Shown in pieces: positions 19,720 through 29,837 of a DNA stretch of 64,000 nucleotides. Source of the DNA: an uncultured Nitrospinaceae bacterium (lineage in GTDB: Bacteria; UBA8248). The stretch is taken from assembly GCA_964005815.1 (NCBI GenBank), contig CAXFSR010000049.1:366-64365 (forward strand). The letters are read 5' to 3'. The notes below the pieces were generated by a model that saw nothing but the letters and a program-made list of their open reading frames with translations, made no database searches and was not told where the DNA came from. Position 1 is the stretch's first letter. Each line of letters starts with the position of its first letter. Made by a program: the position numbers and the translations under genes.

Positions 19720-22692
19720 TTATATTTTCTTAATTTTACATAGCAGACTTTTTAAATTTGTCTGACCTGAGATTGGATCTCTCTGTTCTTTACTTGTTAA
19801 GAAATTAACTGAAAACCAAGGATTGTAAGGTTGTTTTTCACCCCATCCAATAGGGATAAAAACAGAATTCTTTCTAATTCCACGATAAAGATAAGCTCTA
19901 GCCGTTATTTTTCCATGGGCTGACTCAACCTCAATAATTTCTCCATCTTCTATGTTTAACGCCCTCGCATGTTCAGGATGAATTTGACAAAAAAGATCTG
20001 GCCACATTTCTTGCGCTTGCCAAAAATAGTGTGTCCAACTGTGAAAATGTGGTGCGGGAGGTCTTCCAGTTATTAGTTCGGTATTAAAACCCTTTTCCCT
20101 TAAACTTCTGGATAAACTTCCTTCCTGCGTTGAGACTATCTTTGCTTTTGATGTTCCAGTAGGAACATCAAAAAATGGAGAAATCACATCTAATCTTTCA
20201 TCATTATCTTCAATTTCTAAAAAGGGCAAATCTATTAGAATCTCTGGATCTGAGTAAAATTCGGGTAAAGCAGATAGATCTAAACAATTAAATTTGTCTT
20301 CCAATTCTTTAGTCCAAAACTCTAGTTTTCCGCTTTTTGTTGGGAATCTTTTTCCTTCTGGTTGACCAACTGCCGTTGTTCCTTCTAAGTAAAGGGTTTC
20401 TTGTTCAAGAGAATCTTCATATTTTACTGGGTATCGAACCCATCTATAAGGAACTGAATGTAGTCGTTTCTGAGTCACTCCACTGAGAAAATCATTTTGT
20501 ATACACATTTCATCCCAAAATATTTTTGGATCCTTGTATTCTTCCTTAAGAACATCATTAAATCCTAAACGTTTTCCCAATTCTATCCATATCCACCCAT
20601 CAGGTTTTGCCTCTCCAGGAGGATCTATCAATTTATCAATCCAAACAATTCGTCGATCATCATTGCTTCTTCCTATTTCTCCCTTTTCGATTCCCGTTGC
20701 TGCAGGTAATACATAATCAGCAAATGCAGAAGTCTCGTTTTGAAACAACTCAATATGCACTAGAAGATCTAAGTTCCTTAAGGCATCTCTTACATTATTT
20801 TGATCTGGCCACTGAGCTAAGGGATTACTTGAACTTATCATTCCTTTTACAGGATAAGGTTTCTCATGTTTCATTGCATTAAGCCAACCGACGGGACTCT
20901 TCCTTATTTTTGGCCTGTTAATTTTTTCTCTTCTTTCTAATGGAGCATTTGGCGAAATAGGTGGGCCTGCCGTCATATTGAAATAAGCTCCCCCCTTACG
21001 TCCCCAATTACCAGTAATAGCGCTTACAAACATCCAGGCTCGATTTGTTTGCAAAGAATTCATATGTTGATTTATACCCCTACTCGCAAAAATTACACAT
21101 CCATCTGAATTAGCAATCTCACTTGCAAGCAATTCAATCTCTTTTTGAGGCAAATCAATTATTTCAGAAGCCCATTCCGGACTATAATCTTTTTCAAAGA
21201 TAAATTCTTTCCATTCTTCCCACCCTAAAACCCAATCATTACAAAACTTTGCGTCATGCAAATTCTTTGAAAAAACCTCGTGTGCTATTGATAATGCTAA
21301 TGCCATATCTGTCCCAGGTCGTATTGGCAACCATTTATCTGCTTTACTAGCTGTTACAGTCTGTCTAGGATCAATAACAACCATCTTTGCTTTATTTTTG
21401 ACTCTCCAATCATTAATCTTTCCAAAATAAACTGGACGTGTTTCAGCCTGATTATCCCCTACATAAAGGTACATTTCTGCACTACCAAGATCAGTCGGGG
21501 TATAACTATTTCCACTTCCATTTACTCCCTGAGTAATCTGATAAGAGATTGTTTTTCCAGAAGCACAAAATGGGTCAGTACCTTCAATATTATGGGTTCC
21601 CCACAACTGACTAAATAATCTCGTATACCCTTTTTGAGTAAGAATGCCAGTTCTAGTCCCAATAAATATAGCAAGTGCTTCCGGTCCCCATTTTTCTTTT
21701 AACTGTCTTAACTTTTCAGCAATTTCATCTAACGCTTGCTCCCATGTAATTTTCTCAAACTTATTTTCACCTCTTTTTCCTACTCTTTTCAGAGGAGTTA
21801 GAAGCCTTTTTTTATTATGATGAAGTTGCAATCCAAATTGTGCTTTAGGACATATTTTTCCCTCCAAAACAGGATCTTCATCATTCCCAGTTATTTGTAC
21901 TAGTTTGTCATCCTCAAAATGAAATTTTGTAGTACAGCAATTAAAGCAAATATTGCAACCACCCGGTTCGATTCTAGTGTCAATCTTCCGATTTTTTTCA
22001 AAACCAAATGGAAAGTTTGCCTCTAATTTTTTAGGTGAAATAGGATCATTTTTAAAATCAGACTTTTGAGATCGTATTCTATTTTGAACATGATTTTTTT
22101 CCATTATAGGAATAGATGAACTGGGACCTTTTAATCTCTCTAAATAAATTGTCTGCGGTTTCAGTAAAAAGCTATCAACATCTTTAATAACTCTCTCTTG
22201 TTTTTTAGCAATTTTAAGTAATTCAGAACGTTCTCCAAAAGTAATCGCATATCCTGGACATACAATAGAACAAGCTGGTTCTAATTCATTCTCACGTCTC
22301 TCAGAACAAAGGTCACATTTAACAGAGTGATGTCCTTCTCCATCAAAACCCATAGCACTATAAGGACAGGACAGAATACATTCACCACATCCTGTACATA
22401 ATTCTTCATGGACTTTTACTACACCAGTTTCTTCGTCTTTAGTTATCGCTTTTGGATTTACAGGACATGATCTAAGACAAGCAGGTCGTTCACAATGTTG
22501 GCAAGTTAACGTAAAGAAATCTATATCCGGACTATTCTCATTTCCAAGCCATACAACTTTATTCCTGTATGTTCCCGGTTTTAGATGATGCTCCTGTTTA
22601 CATGCTGCCTCGCAACTTTTACAACCGAAACATCTTTCTAAATCAATCATTAGTGCTAGTCGATTCAATTTCAATCCTTTTCCATTAGACAA
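19720..22692 (-). CDS. molybdopterin (bis-MGD) oxidoreductase with fused N-terminal 4x[4Fe-4S] ferredoxin (beta-alpha fusion); substrate unknown
   Basis: 990 aa. Residues 1-150 carry four CxxCxxCxxxCP clusters as in DmsB/PsrB/FdnH. Then comes a MopB FS0 motif (CNICFNCC...C) and a long molybdopterin catalytic domain. There is no Tat signal and no in-frame UGA. Confidence 0.8.
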   Translation of the reverse strand: MSNGKGLKLNRLALMIDLERCFGCKSCEAACKQEHHLKPGTYRNKVVWLGNENSPDIDFFTLTCQHCERPACLRSCPVNPKAITKDEETGVVKVHEELCTGCGECILSCPYSAMGFDGEGHHSVKCDLCSERRENELEPACSIVCPGYAITFGERSELLKIAKKQERVIKDVDSFLLKPQTIYLERLKGPSSSIPIMEKNHVQNRIRSQKSDFKNDPISPKKLEANFPFGFEKNRKIDTRIEPGGCNICFNCCTTKFHFEDDKLVQITGNDEDPVLEGKICPKAQFGLQLHHNKKRLLTPLKRVGKRGENKFEKITWEQALDEIAEKLRQLKEKWGPEALAIFIGTRTGILTQKGYTRLFSQLWGTHNIEGTDPFCASGKTISYQITQGVNGSGNSYTPTDLGSAEMYLYVGDNQAETRPVYFGKINDWRVKNKAKMVVIDPRQTVTASKADKWLPIRPGTDMALALSIAHEVFSKNLHDAKFCNDWVLGWEEWKEFIFEKDYSPEWASEIIDLPQKEIELLASEIANSDGCVIFASRGINQHMNSLQTNRAWMFVSAITGNWGRKGGAYFNMTAGPPISPNAPLERREKINRPKIRKSPVGWLNAMKHEKPYPVKGMISSSNPLAQWPDQNNVRDALRNLDLLVHIELFQNETSAFADYVLPAATGIEKGEIGRSNDDRRIVWIDKLIDPPGEAKPDGWIWIELGKRLGFNDVLKEEYKDPKIFWDEMCIQNDFLSGVTQKRLHSVPYRWVRYPVKYEDSLEQETLYLEGTTAVGQPEGKRFPTKSGKLEFWTKELEDKFNCLDLSALPEFYSDPEILIDLPFLEIEDNDERLDVISPFFDVPTGTSKAKIVSTQEGSLSRSLREKGFNTELITGRPPAPHFHSWTHYFWQAQEMWPDLFCQIHPEHARALNIEDGEIIEVESAHGKITARAYLYRGIRKNSVFIPIGWGEKQPYNPWFSVNFLTSKEQRDPISGQTNLKSLLCKIKKI

Positions 22693-22694
22693 TG

Positions 22695-23474
22695 CTATTT
22701 AGATATATGCCACCAGTATATATCAGAGCCATCGGAAACATAGCTAGCAAAAAAAGTAACTACAATTATATGAGCAATAAGACCAAGAAAAAAAATAATC
22801 GATAAAGATATATGAATCGATCTCCAAAAACGAATAAAAAAATTATATTCAAATTTTTTTCTTATACAAGAATTTTCTTGACGGACTAAATTATAAAATT
22901 GAATGGAAAAAATAGGATGGCAAAACCAATGTTTAAGACTAAGAGAAAAAGTACCCTCTTCACTATCAGGGTCAAACGATAACAATAATTTTTCTTTCTT
23001 GGAAATTATCAATTCTATTTTTTCTTTTTCATGGGGTTCCATAGTGTGAAAGACTTCAATTTTTGAAGCAAAAAGTTTTGCATTCCTCTTAGAAATATAA
23101 AACCTTGCAAAAACCCCTAAAAGTGTTAGAGCTAAGAGTGCTAAAAGTAGTAATGCTGGAGCGTACCTTAAATGACCAGAAGAGTGAATTGTAACTAAGA
23201 CAGAACCAATAACTGCTGTTACTACGTGACAATTAAACCAAAATACTGGTTTTTTACTTACGTTTGTTCTCTTAAGCAATAAGAAAAGGATAGAAACAGA
23301 TAAAAATAAAGAACCAATCACACCAAAAACATAAAGTACTGGGGAACCTGGCATATGCCACATAGATGGCAATAAATGCAAAAATGAAAAATATCCAAAC
23401 AAACTAAGGGAAGCAATAGATATAAGGTATGCAAGTATCCTATCTTGTATTGATAAAGACTGCTTTTTTTTCAT
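22695..23474 (-). CDS. integral membrane protein, putative heme-b membrane anchor of the molybdoenzyme
   Basis: 259 aa with about 5 TM helices and conserved-looking His residues inside the helices (FLHLLPSMWHM, CHVVT...TIHSSGHL, LIAHIIVV). It lies immediately upstream of the Mo-enzyme gene, and its 4-nt start overlap with the greA stop supports co-expression. Confidence 0.55.
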   Translation of the reverse strand: MKKKQSLSIQDRILAYLISIASLSLFGYFSFLHLLPSMWHMPGSPVLYVFGVIGSLFLSVSILFLLLKRTNVSKKPVFWFNCHVVTAVIGSVLVTIHSSGHLRYAPALLLLALLALTLLGVFARFYISKRNAKLFASKIEVFHTMEPHEKEKIELIISKKEKLLLSFDPDSEEGTFSLSLKHWFCHPIFSIQFYNLVRQENSCIRKKFEYNFFIRFWRSIHISLSIIFFLGLIAHIIVVTFFASYVSDGSDIYWWHISK

Positions 23475-23950
23475 TCAAATTCTATTTTTGAAACTTTAAC
23501 TATCTCAAAAGTTCTAATACCACCAGGAAGTTTAATAACTACCTCGTCCCCAGATTCCTTCTGCATCAATCCTCTTGCAAGGGGAGCGTTGAAAGAAATA
23601 ATACCTTTAGACAAATCACTTTCTTCTTCACCAAGAATTTGGTAGGTCATTTCTTCATCCTTGTCGATATCATATAGTTGAACCTCAGTCCCAACGGAAA
23701 CTTTATCACCAGATATAGGAAGTTCTTCAATTATTTGTGCAGTTCGTATTTTCTCTTTCAATCTACTTACTTCATGTTGTAAATTTCTTTGGAGTTCAAT
23801 AGCAGCCTCCCATTCTGCATTTTCACTTAAATCCCCAAGATCAGCAGCTTTCCCGATTTCTTTTGCCACATCATGTTTAAGACGATGCTCTATTTCCTCA
23901 ACCTTATCTTTTAAATTTATTAGGCTTTGATTTGTTAAATAAAATGCCAT
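23471..23950 (-). CDS. greA: transcription elongation factor GreA
   Basis: 159 aa with an N-terminal coiled-coil and a C-terminal FKBP-like domain (GDEVVIKLPGGIRTFEIVKV). Confidence 0.85.
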   Translation of the reverse strand: MAFYLTNQSLINLKDKVEEIEHRLKHDVAKEIGKAADLGDLSENAEWEAAIELQRNLQHEVSRLKEKIRTAQIIEELPISGDKVSVGTEVQLYDIDKDEEMTYQILGEEESDLSKGIISFNAPLARGLMQKESGDEVVIKLPGGIRTFEIVKVSKIEFE

Positions 23951-23994
23951 CTTTTACCTCTTTTACTAATTAAAAAAACAAAATCATATTATAC

Positions 23995-24912
23995 TTAAAC
24001 AGACAAATCTCTAAAATCAAATCCTGTCTCAGAAACGAATTCGTTAATTATCTTTTCAGTTATTGGACCGGGCACAGGATTTTTTGGAAAAAAACGATCT
24101 ATTTGATTTACAGGCATCGCACAAATAGCACTTGATGTCAGAAAAAATTCATCTGCCTGGCTTAAATCATAGAGAGTTATATCTCTCTCTTCAAAAGCAA
24201 CACCTAACTTTCTAGCCATTTCTAATACTGTTAGCCTTGTAACGCCTTGAAGAACATTTTTTTCATAAGGAGTGTAAAGCACATTATCTTTAACCATAAA
24301 AAAGTTTGCTACTGAATTCTCAGCAACATTTCCATAAATATCAAGCATTAGGGATAGAGAACCATTAGAAGAAGCATCAAGTTCTGCTAAAATTTGATTC
24401 ATTTTACTGGTCACTTTTGCCCTAGCTTCAAGACATTGGGGTGGAACCCTTCTTGTCGCCACAACTGATAATTTCACCCCCTTAGAATATTTATCTATTA
24501 GTTTATCAGAAGGAGATTCTCTCCAGAAAATGAAAATTGTCGGCCTATCTGATTCACTTGCAACCATAGAGGGATCATCCAATCCTCTTGATACCCAATG
24601 GCCAACTCGATAAATCTTTCCCTCTCCAAGTGAATCTTGATTTGCTTTTAATGTTTTAAGAGTTGCTTCTCTCATCTCTTCTATATCTAAATGGCAATGA
24701 ATTTGAGTATATCTCAAAGATCTATAAAGTCGTTTTAGATGGTCATCAAGACGGAATAATTTGCCATTAAAACAAGGAGTAACCTCATAAACTCCGTCCC
24801 CCCATAAAAATCCACGATCAAAAGGAGAAATTAGAGCCTCACTCTCTCCTATTATTTCCCCATTTAAATAAACATAGCGTTCTAAAGACATAAAAAATAC
24901 TTTCAATTTCAT
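23995..24912 (-). CDS. class IV aminotransferase (branched-chain / D-amino-acid aminotransferase family)
   Basis: 305 aa. FDRGFLWGDGVYE and a class-IV fold signature. Confidence 0.8.
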   Translation of the reverse strand: MKLKVFFMSLERYVYLNGEIIGESEALISPFDRGFLWGDGVYEVTPCFNGKLFRLDDHLKRLYRSLRYTQIHCHLDIEEMREATLKTLKANQDSLGEGKIYRVGHWVSRGLDDPSMVASESDRPTIFIFWRESPSDKLIDKYSKGVKLSVVATRRVPPQCLEARAKVTSKMNQILAELDASSNGSLSLMLDIYGNVAENSVANFFMVKDNVLYTPYEKNVLQGVTRLTVLEMARKLGVAFEERDITLYDLSQADEFFLTSSAICAMPVNQIDRFFPKNPVPGPITEKIINEFVSETGFDFRDLSV

Positions 24913-24956
24913 TAATAGAAACAGTAAGACATTTTAATCATATCAAATTTCTGCTC

Positions 24957-26561
24957 TCAATTTAATTTTTTCTTTCCCCAACCACCTCCACCAGGAGTTT
25001 CTAATCTTATTATGTCTCCTTTTTCTAGATACAGGCGTTGTTTCCCCTTACACTTAATTCTCTTTCCATCTTTTTTTAAAACCGAATTCTTTCCTTTCTT
25101 ACCTGGGAAACCACCTTGCAGAGCCCAAGGTGAAAATTTTCGCCTTTCTGTCATAAAAGAAACCGTAGCAGAACTTAAAAGTTCTATTTCTCTAATTATT
25201 CCATCCCCACCTGTCATTAAACCTTTTCCTCCACTTTTTCTTCTAACTCCATACTTATTAACTCTTAGAGGATATGAATGCTCAATAGCTTCTATAGGGG
25301 TATTTCTCGTATTCGTTAGGTGGGTATGTATTGCATTTTCACCATTTCCCCATTTTCCGGCACCCATTCCACCTCCTGTGGTTTCATAATATGCAAAAGG
25401 TTTCCTTCTTTCTTTCTTAGAACGTATATCATTACCTCCAATGGTAAGATTATTCATCGACCCACACGAAGCGGAGGGTATTTTATCAGGGCATGCTTTC
25501 GACATAGCACCAAGGACTACGTCAACCATCCTTTGACTAGTCTCTACATTTCCTCCAGCAACAGCAGATGGAAATTTAGAATTAACTACGGTTCCAAATG
25601 GCGCAATTACCTTAATAGGTTCCATACAACCAGAGTTATTTGGAATTTCAAATGGTATCAAACAACGAATAGCATAATAAACTGCTGTTCTAGCTATAGA
25701 TTCAACCGCATTAATATTTCCATCTGTTTGGAGAGAAGAACCAGTGAAATCAGCTACAATAGAGTCTTTTCGAATAATAATTTTCACACTAATTTTCACG
25801 GGATTCTCAGATATACCGTCATCATCCATAAAATCCGTAAAATCAAATTCCCCTTCTGGCATCTTAGAAATTGCGACTCTTGTCATTCGCTCAGAATAGC
25901 GTTGTAACTCAGTTGTATAAAAAGAAGTATTTTTTAGTCCATATCTATCAATGATCATCTCAATTCTTCTTTGTCCTACAAGATTTGCAGAAATTTGTGC
26001 CAGGACATCACCTTTTCGTTCTTCCGGTGTTCTTACATTCGATAAAACAATAGATAATAAATCTTCTTGTATTATTCCTTTCCTAACTATTTTAACAGGC
26101 GGAATAACTAATCCATCTTGAAAAATTTCTTTAGTTAAACTCATTGAACCTGGCGCAATGCCTCCAATATCGGCGTGATGTGCTCTATTTGCAACAAAAT
26201 ATTGAAGAGAAAATCTTCTGTTCCTCTTTATAAATATCGGAGATATCATTGTTAGATCTGGCAAATGATTGCCTCCATGAAACGGATCATTGAGAACAAC
26301 CATATCGCCAGGGTCCAAATTCATAGTTTCAATAACATGTTCAACCGACATTGGCATTGAACCAAGATGTGCAGGTAGATGAGCCGCTTGAGATACCATT
26401 TTTGCATTCTTATCAAAAATAGCACATGAATAATCTCTTCTCTCTTTAATATTTGGAGAAAAAGAAGACTTACATAGAGAAACTCCCATTTCTTCTGCAG
26501 TTGACAAGAAAAGATTTTTAAATATCTCTAATAAAATTGGATCTAAGCTATTCTTTCCCAT
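24957..26561 (-). CDS. hydantoinase B / oxoprolinase family protein
   Basis: 534 aa with HyuB-like motifs (NDPFHGGNHLPD). Paired with a HyuA-family gene downstream. Confidence 0.85.
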   Translation of the reverse strand: MGKNSLDPILLEIFKNLFLSTAEEMGVSLCKSSFSPNIKERRDYSCAIFDKNAKMVSQAAHLPAHLGSMPMSVEHVIETMNLDPGDMVVLNDPFHGGNHLPDLTMISPIFIKRNRRFSLQYFVANRAHHADIGGIAPGSMSLTKEIFQDGLVIPPVKIVRKGIIQEDLLSIVLSNVRTPEERKGDVLAQISANLVGQRRIEMIIDRYGLKNTSFYTTELQRYSERMTRVAISKMPEGEFDFTDFMDDDGISENPVKISVKIIIRKDSIVADFTGSSLQTDGNINAVESIARTAVYYAIRCLIPFEIPNNSGCMEPIKVIAPFGTVVNSKFPSAVAGGNVETSQRMVDVVLGAMSKACPDKIPSASCGSMNNLTIGGNDIRSKKERRKPFAYYETTGGGMGAGKWGNGENAIHTHLTNTRNTPIEAIEHSYPLRVNKYGVRRKSGGKGLMTGGDGIIREIELLSSATVSFMTERRKFSPWALQGGFPGKKGKNSVLKKDGKRIKCKGKQRLYLEKGDIIRLETPGGGGWGKKKLN

Positions 26562-26584
26562 ATATTCAATCCTAAGAAAACAAA

Positions 26585-28585
26585 TTATTTTTTATCAGAA
26601 TTTACTATTTTCGATAAAATCAAATTACTCTCTTTATCCACTTTACAATTCCAAAATGGTGGAATTATAGATGTAGCACTAAATTCAGAGACTAAAGCAG
26701 GTCCACAGAAATCTTCCCCTGGTTGTAGATTTGTACGATCAAAAACCATAGCTTCATATGATTTTCCATCAAAAACCATCTTTTGTGTTTTCTCTTTTTT
26801 CTTTTTCATATTGTCACTTTTTTTATTTAGTTCAACTGTCTTTGTAGAACCTATTGCCCTAACTCTTATGTTAACGATTTCCACCTCTTGTTCAGAATTT
26901 AAAGTTAGATATCTTTTTTTATAAAATTTAGTAAATAACGAATACAAATCCACATGGAAGTTCGATGTAATCTCCCCAATTGGAATGGTTAGTTCGTGCG
27001 ATTGTCCTAAATAACGCATATCTAAAAATTTTTCTATTTTAAATTGATTAACCCCTTCTTTTTCCAAATCTACTTTTGCTTGTTTTAGAAGAGGGGAAAA
27101 AGAGTCCTCCAAGTTTTGACTCTTAATATTCTCCAATTTCAGAAGCACTGTTTTAGAGTAATCTTTGATTATATCGGCTAAAAACATTCCTCTTGCTGAA
27201 AGGGTTCCGGGATCTGCTGGAATAAGTACTCTTTTCATATTAAGAGTTTCCGCAAGCGCACAAGCATGCATGGGTCCTGCTCCACCGAATGCCATCAGTG
27301 TAAAAATACGAGGATCATATCCTCTCTCAATACTCATAAGTCTAACAGCATTAGCCATATGTTCGTTAGCAATTGTTAAAATTCCCTCAGCAGTTTCTAA
27401 TAGACTAAGAGATAATTCTTTTGCTAGAACTTTTATTCCTTTTTCTGACCTACAAGGATCAATTTTCATCTTTCCACCAAGAAAATTCAGAGGATCTATC
27501 CTTCCTAAAAATAAATTCGCATCAGTCACAGTCACTTTATTTCCGTTTCCATAGCACATAGGCCCAGGATCTCCTCCTGCACTTTTTGGTCCTACTACAA
27601 GCGCTCCTCCTAGATCACATTCTGCAATTGAACCACCTCCTGCACCAACAGTATGAATATCAATAACTGGCACTCTAACGGGCAGACCAGATAATTCTGT
27701 CTCAGAAGTGAAACTTAAATTCTCATCGATAATTGAGACATCAGCACTCGTTCCACCCATATCAATAGTTAAAAATTTAGATAATTTGGTTTTTTTAGCT
27801 ACATGGAATGCTCCGACAACTCCTCCTGCAGGGCCAGACAAAATTGTCCTAACAGCTTCATTGCTAGCTACTTCAGAAGAAATAATTCCGCCATTACTTT
27901 GCATTACACGGAAATGTTTTAATGTTTCTTCTTTTGCAAGTTTATCTAAATAATTTTTCATCAACGGTGATACATAGGCATTCACTGCTGTTGTACTAGT
28001 CCTCTCAAACTCCCTATATTCGGGCAAAATAAGACTAGAGACAGAAACAGGAAAACCTTCTTTTATAAAAAAATTTGATGCCTCTAACTCGTGTATATTA
28101 TTTGCATAAGAATGAAGTAAACAAATTGCTAAAGATTGTATTTTGTTCCTTTTTAATTTTAAGAGTATTTTCTTTAATTCAGATTTAGAAAGATTGTGCA
28201 AAATATCACCATTTTCATTCATTCTTTCCCTTAGTCCAAAACGATTTTCTTTATCAACAATAGATTTAGGCCTTTGGTATTTCAGATCATAAAGGACATC
28301 CCTATTCTGACGTCCAATTTCAATTACATCTTCAAACCCAGATGTTGTAATAAGACCAACTTTTGCACCCTCTCTAGACAAAAGAGCATTTGTCGCGACT
28401 GTCGAACCATGAATAAGATCAACTGGTCTATTATCAGTATTTTTTTCGGCTATCCCTTGTATGATTGCAGTAGCCGGATTCGAAGGTGTAGAAGGCAATT
28501 TATGAACATTTAGCTTTCCATTTTCAAGAAAAACAAAATCGGTAAATGTCCCACCAGTATCAACTGCAACACGAAAATCTGTCAA
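26585..28585 (-). CDS. hydantoinase A / oxoprolinase family protein
   Basis: 666 aa. The N-terminal VDTGGTFTDFV motif is the HyuA/acetone-carboxylase-beta ASKHA fold. Confidence 0.85.
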   Translation of the reverse strand: MTDFRVAVDTGGTFTDFVFLENGKLNVHKLPSTPSNPATAIIQGIAEKNTDNRPVDLIHGSTVATNALLSREGAKVGLITTSGFEDVIEIGRQNRDVLYDLKYQRPKSIVDKENRFGLRERMNENGDILHNLSKSELKKILLKLKRNKIQSLAICLLHSYANNIHELEASNFFIKEGFPVSVSSLILPEYREFERTSTTAVNAYVSPLMKNYLDKLAKEETLKHFRVMQSNGGIISSEVASNEAVRTILSGPAGGVVGAFHVAKKTKLSKFLTIDMGGTSADVSIIDENLSFTSETELSGLPVRVPVIDIHTVGAGGGSIAECDLGGALVVGPKSAGGDPGPMCYGNGNKVTVTDANLFLGRIDPLNFLGGKMKIDPCRSEKGIKVLAKELSLSLLETAEGILTIANEHMANAVRLMSIERGYDPRIFTLMAFGGAGPMHACALAETLNMKRVLIPADPGTLSARGMFLADIIKDYSKTVLLKLENIKSQNLEDSFSPLLKQAKVDLEKEGVNQFKIEKFLDMRYLGQSHELTIPIGEITSNFHVDLYSLFTKFYKKRYLTLNSEQEVEIVNIRVRAIGSTKTVELNKKSDNMKKKKEKTQKMVFDGKSYEAMVFDRTNLQPGEDFCGPALVSEFSATSIIPPFWNCKVDKESNLILSKIVNSDKK

Positions 28586-28670
28586 TTTTTCTCTCTGAAT
28601 ACTTGATTTTGAAAGTTTGGTTGAAATTCAATACGACAAAAAAAGAATAATAAATGTTCTATTAAACAAA

Positions 28671-29837
28671 TCAAGAAAAAGTAGAAATTGCGTGAGAAAT
28701 ACGATGAATCGCTTCCTCTAAATTTTCGATACTATTTGCAAAACACATACGTAAATGATTATCTGCGTATTGGCCAAAAGCAGAACCGGGCAATGTTGCC
28801 ACACCAACCTCATCAAGTAAATAATCTGACAATTTTTCCGCAGACATTGGAATTTCACTAACATTAGGAAAAGCATAAAATGCCCCTTCCGGAAACTTAC
28901 ATGAGATCCCATCAATTGAATTTAAACCATTTATAAACACATCTCTCCTTTTTTTAAATTCAGTCATCATTTTAATACTATCAGCTTGTTCCCCATTCAA
29001 TGCTTCTACACCAGCCATTTGAACAAAAGGGGGAACACAACTCACTGAATTTGTTATAAGTTGAGATAAAGGATCTGATAACCATGATGGAGCAGCTATA
29101 AAACCTAATCTCCATCCAGTCATTGCATAAGTCTTTGAAAAAGTCTCTAGCAAGATTGTTCTTTCGCGCATTCCATCAAGTGTCCCAATGGAAACATGGT
29201 TACCCTCAAATAACATATTCGCATAAACTTCATCAGATAAAATGACAAAATCATTCTCAATCGCAAGATTTCCTATTTCTACTAATTCTTTATAACTCAA
29301 TGTACCTCCGGTAGGATTATGCGGATAATTAAGAATTAACAATCTGGTATTCTTCGAAATTCGACTTTTCAAATCATCAATAGTAAATTTAAAATCATTT
29401 TCTTCAAGAATAGGAAGAGGCACAGGCTTAGCGCCTGCATACAATGTAACTGATTCATATACAGGGAAACCCGGATCAGGATATATCACTTCATCTCCTA
29501 CTCCAGATGTAGCCATAATTGTGTAATAAAGGAATGGCTTCCCACCTGGTCCAATTACAATTTCTTCTGGGGAATATTCTCCACGTTTATTTTTTTTAAT
29601 CCAATCGCAACAAGCTTCTCTAAGTTCAAGAACTCCAGCAGAAGGACAATAATGAGTATTTCCGGAACTTACTTCGTCACAAACAACATTAATAATATTT
29701 GAAGGAGTATCAAAATCAGTATCACCTATCTCGAGGTGAATAATACTTCTACCCTCCCTCTCAAGTTGATTTGCTTTAGCAAGAACAACAAAAGAGTTTT
29801 CGGTTTTTAAAAGACTCATTCTATCAGCTAGACGCAT
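28671..29837 (-). CDS. PLP-dependent aminotransferase, class I/II
   Basis: 388 aa with an aspartate-aminotransferase-fold signature (SFSKTYAMTGWRLGF with the PLP lysine). Confidence 0.8.
   Translation of the reverse strand: MRLADRMSLLKTENSFVVLAKANQLEREGRSIIHLEIGDTDFDTPSNIINVVCDEVSSGNTHYCPSAGVLELREACCDWIKKNKRGEYSPEEIVIGPGGKPFLYYTIMATSGVGDEVIYPDPGFPVYESVTLYAGAKPVPLPILEENDFKFTIDDLKSRISKNTRLLILNYPHNPTGGTLSYKELVEIGNLAIENDFVILSDEVYANMLFEGNHVSIGTLDGMRERTILLETFSKTYAMTGWRLGFIAAPSWLSDPLSQLITNSVSCVPPFVQMAGVEALNGEQADSIKMMTEFKKRRDVFINGLNSIDGISCKFPEGAFYAFPNVSEIPMSAEKLSDYLLDEVGVATLPGSAFGQYADNHLRMCFANSIENLEEAIHRISHAISTFS

Noticed and set aside
19720-22692. Molybdoenzyme as a Sec-containing formate dehydrogenase.
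   Set aside because: The 990-aa frame is uninterrupted with no in-frame TGA. The architecture (N-terminal ferredoxin fusion) is also not FdhA-like.
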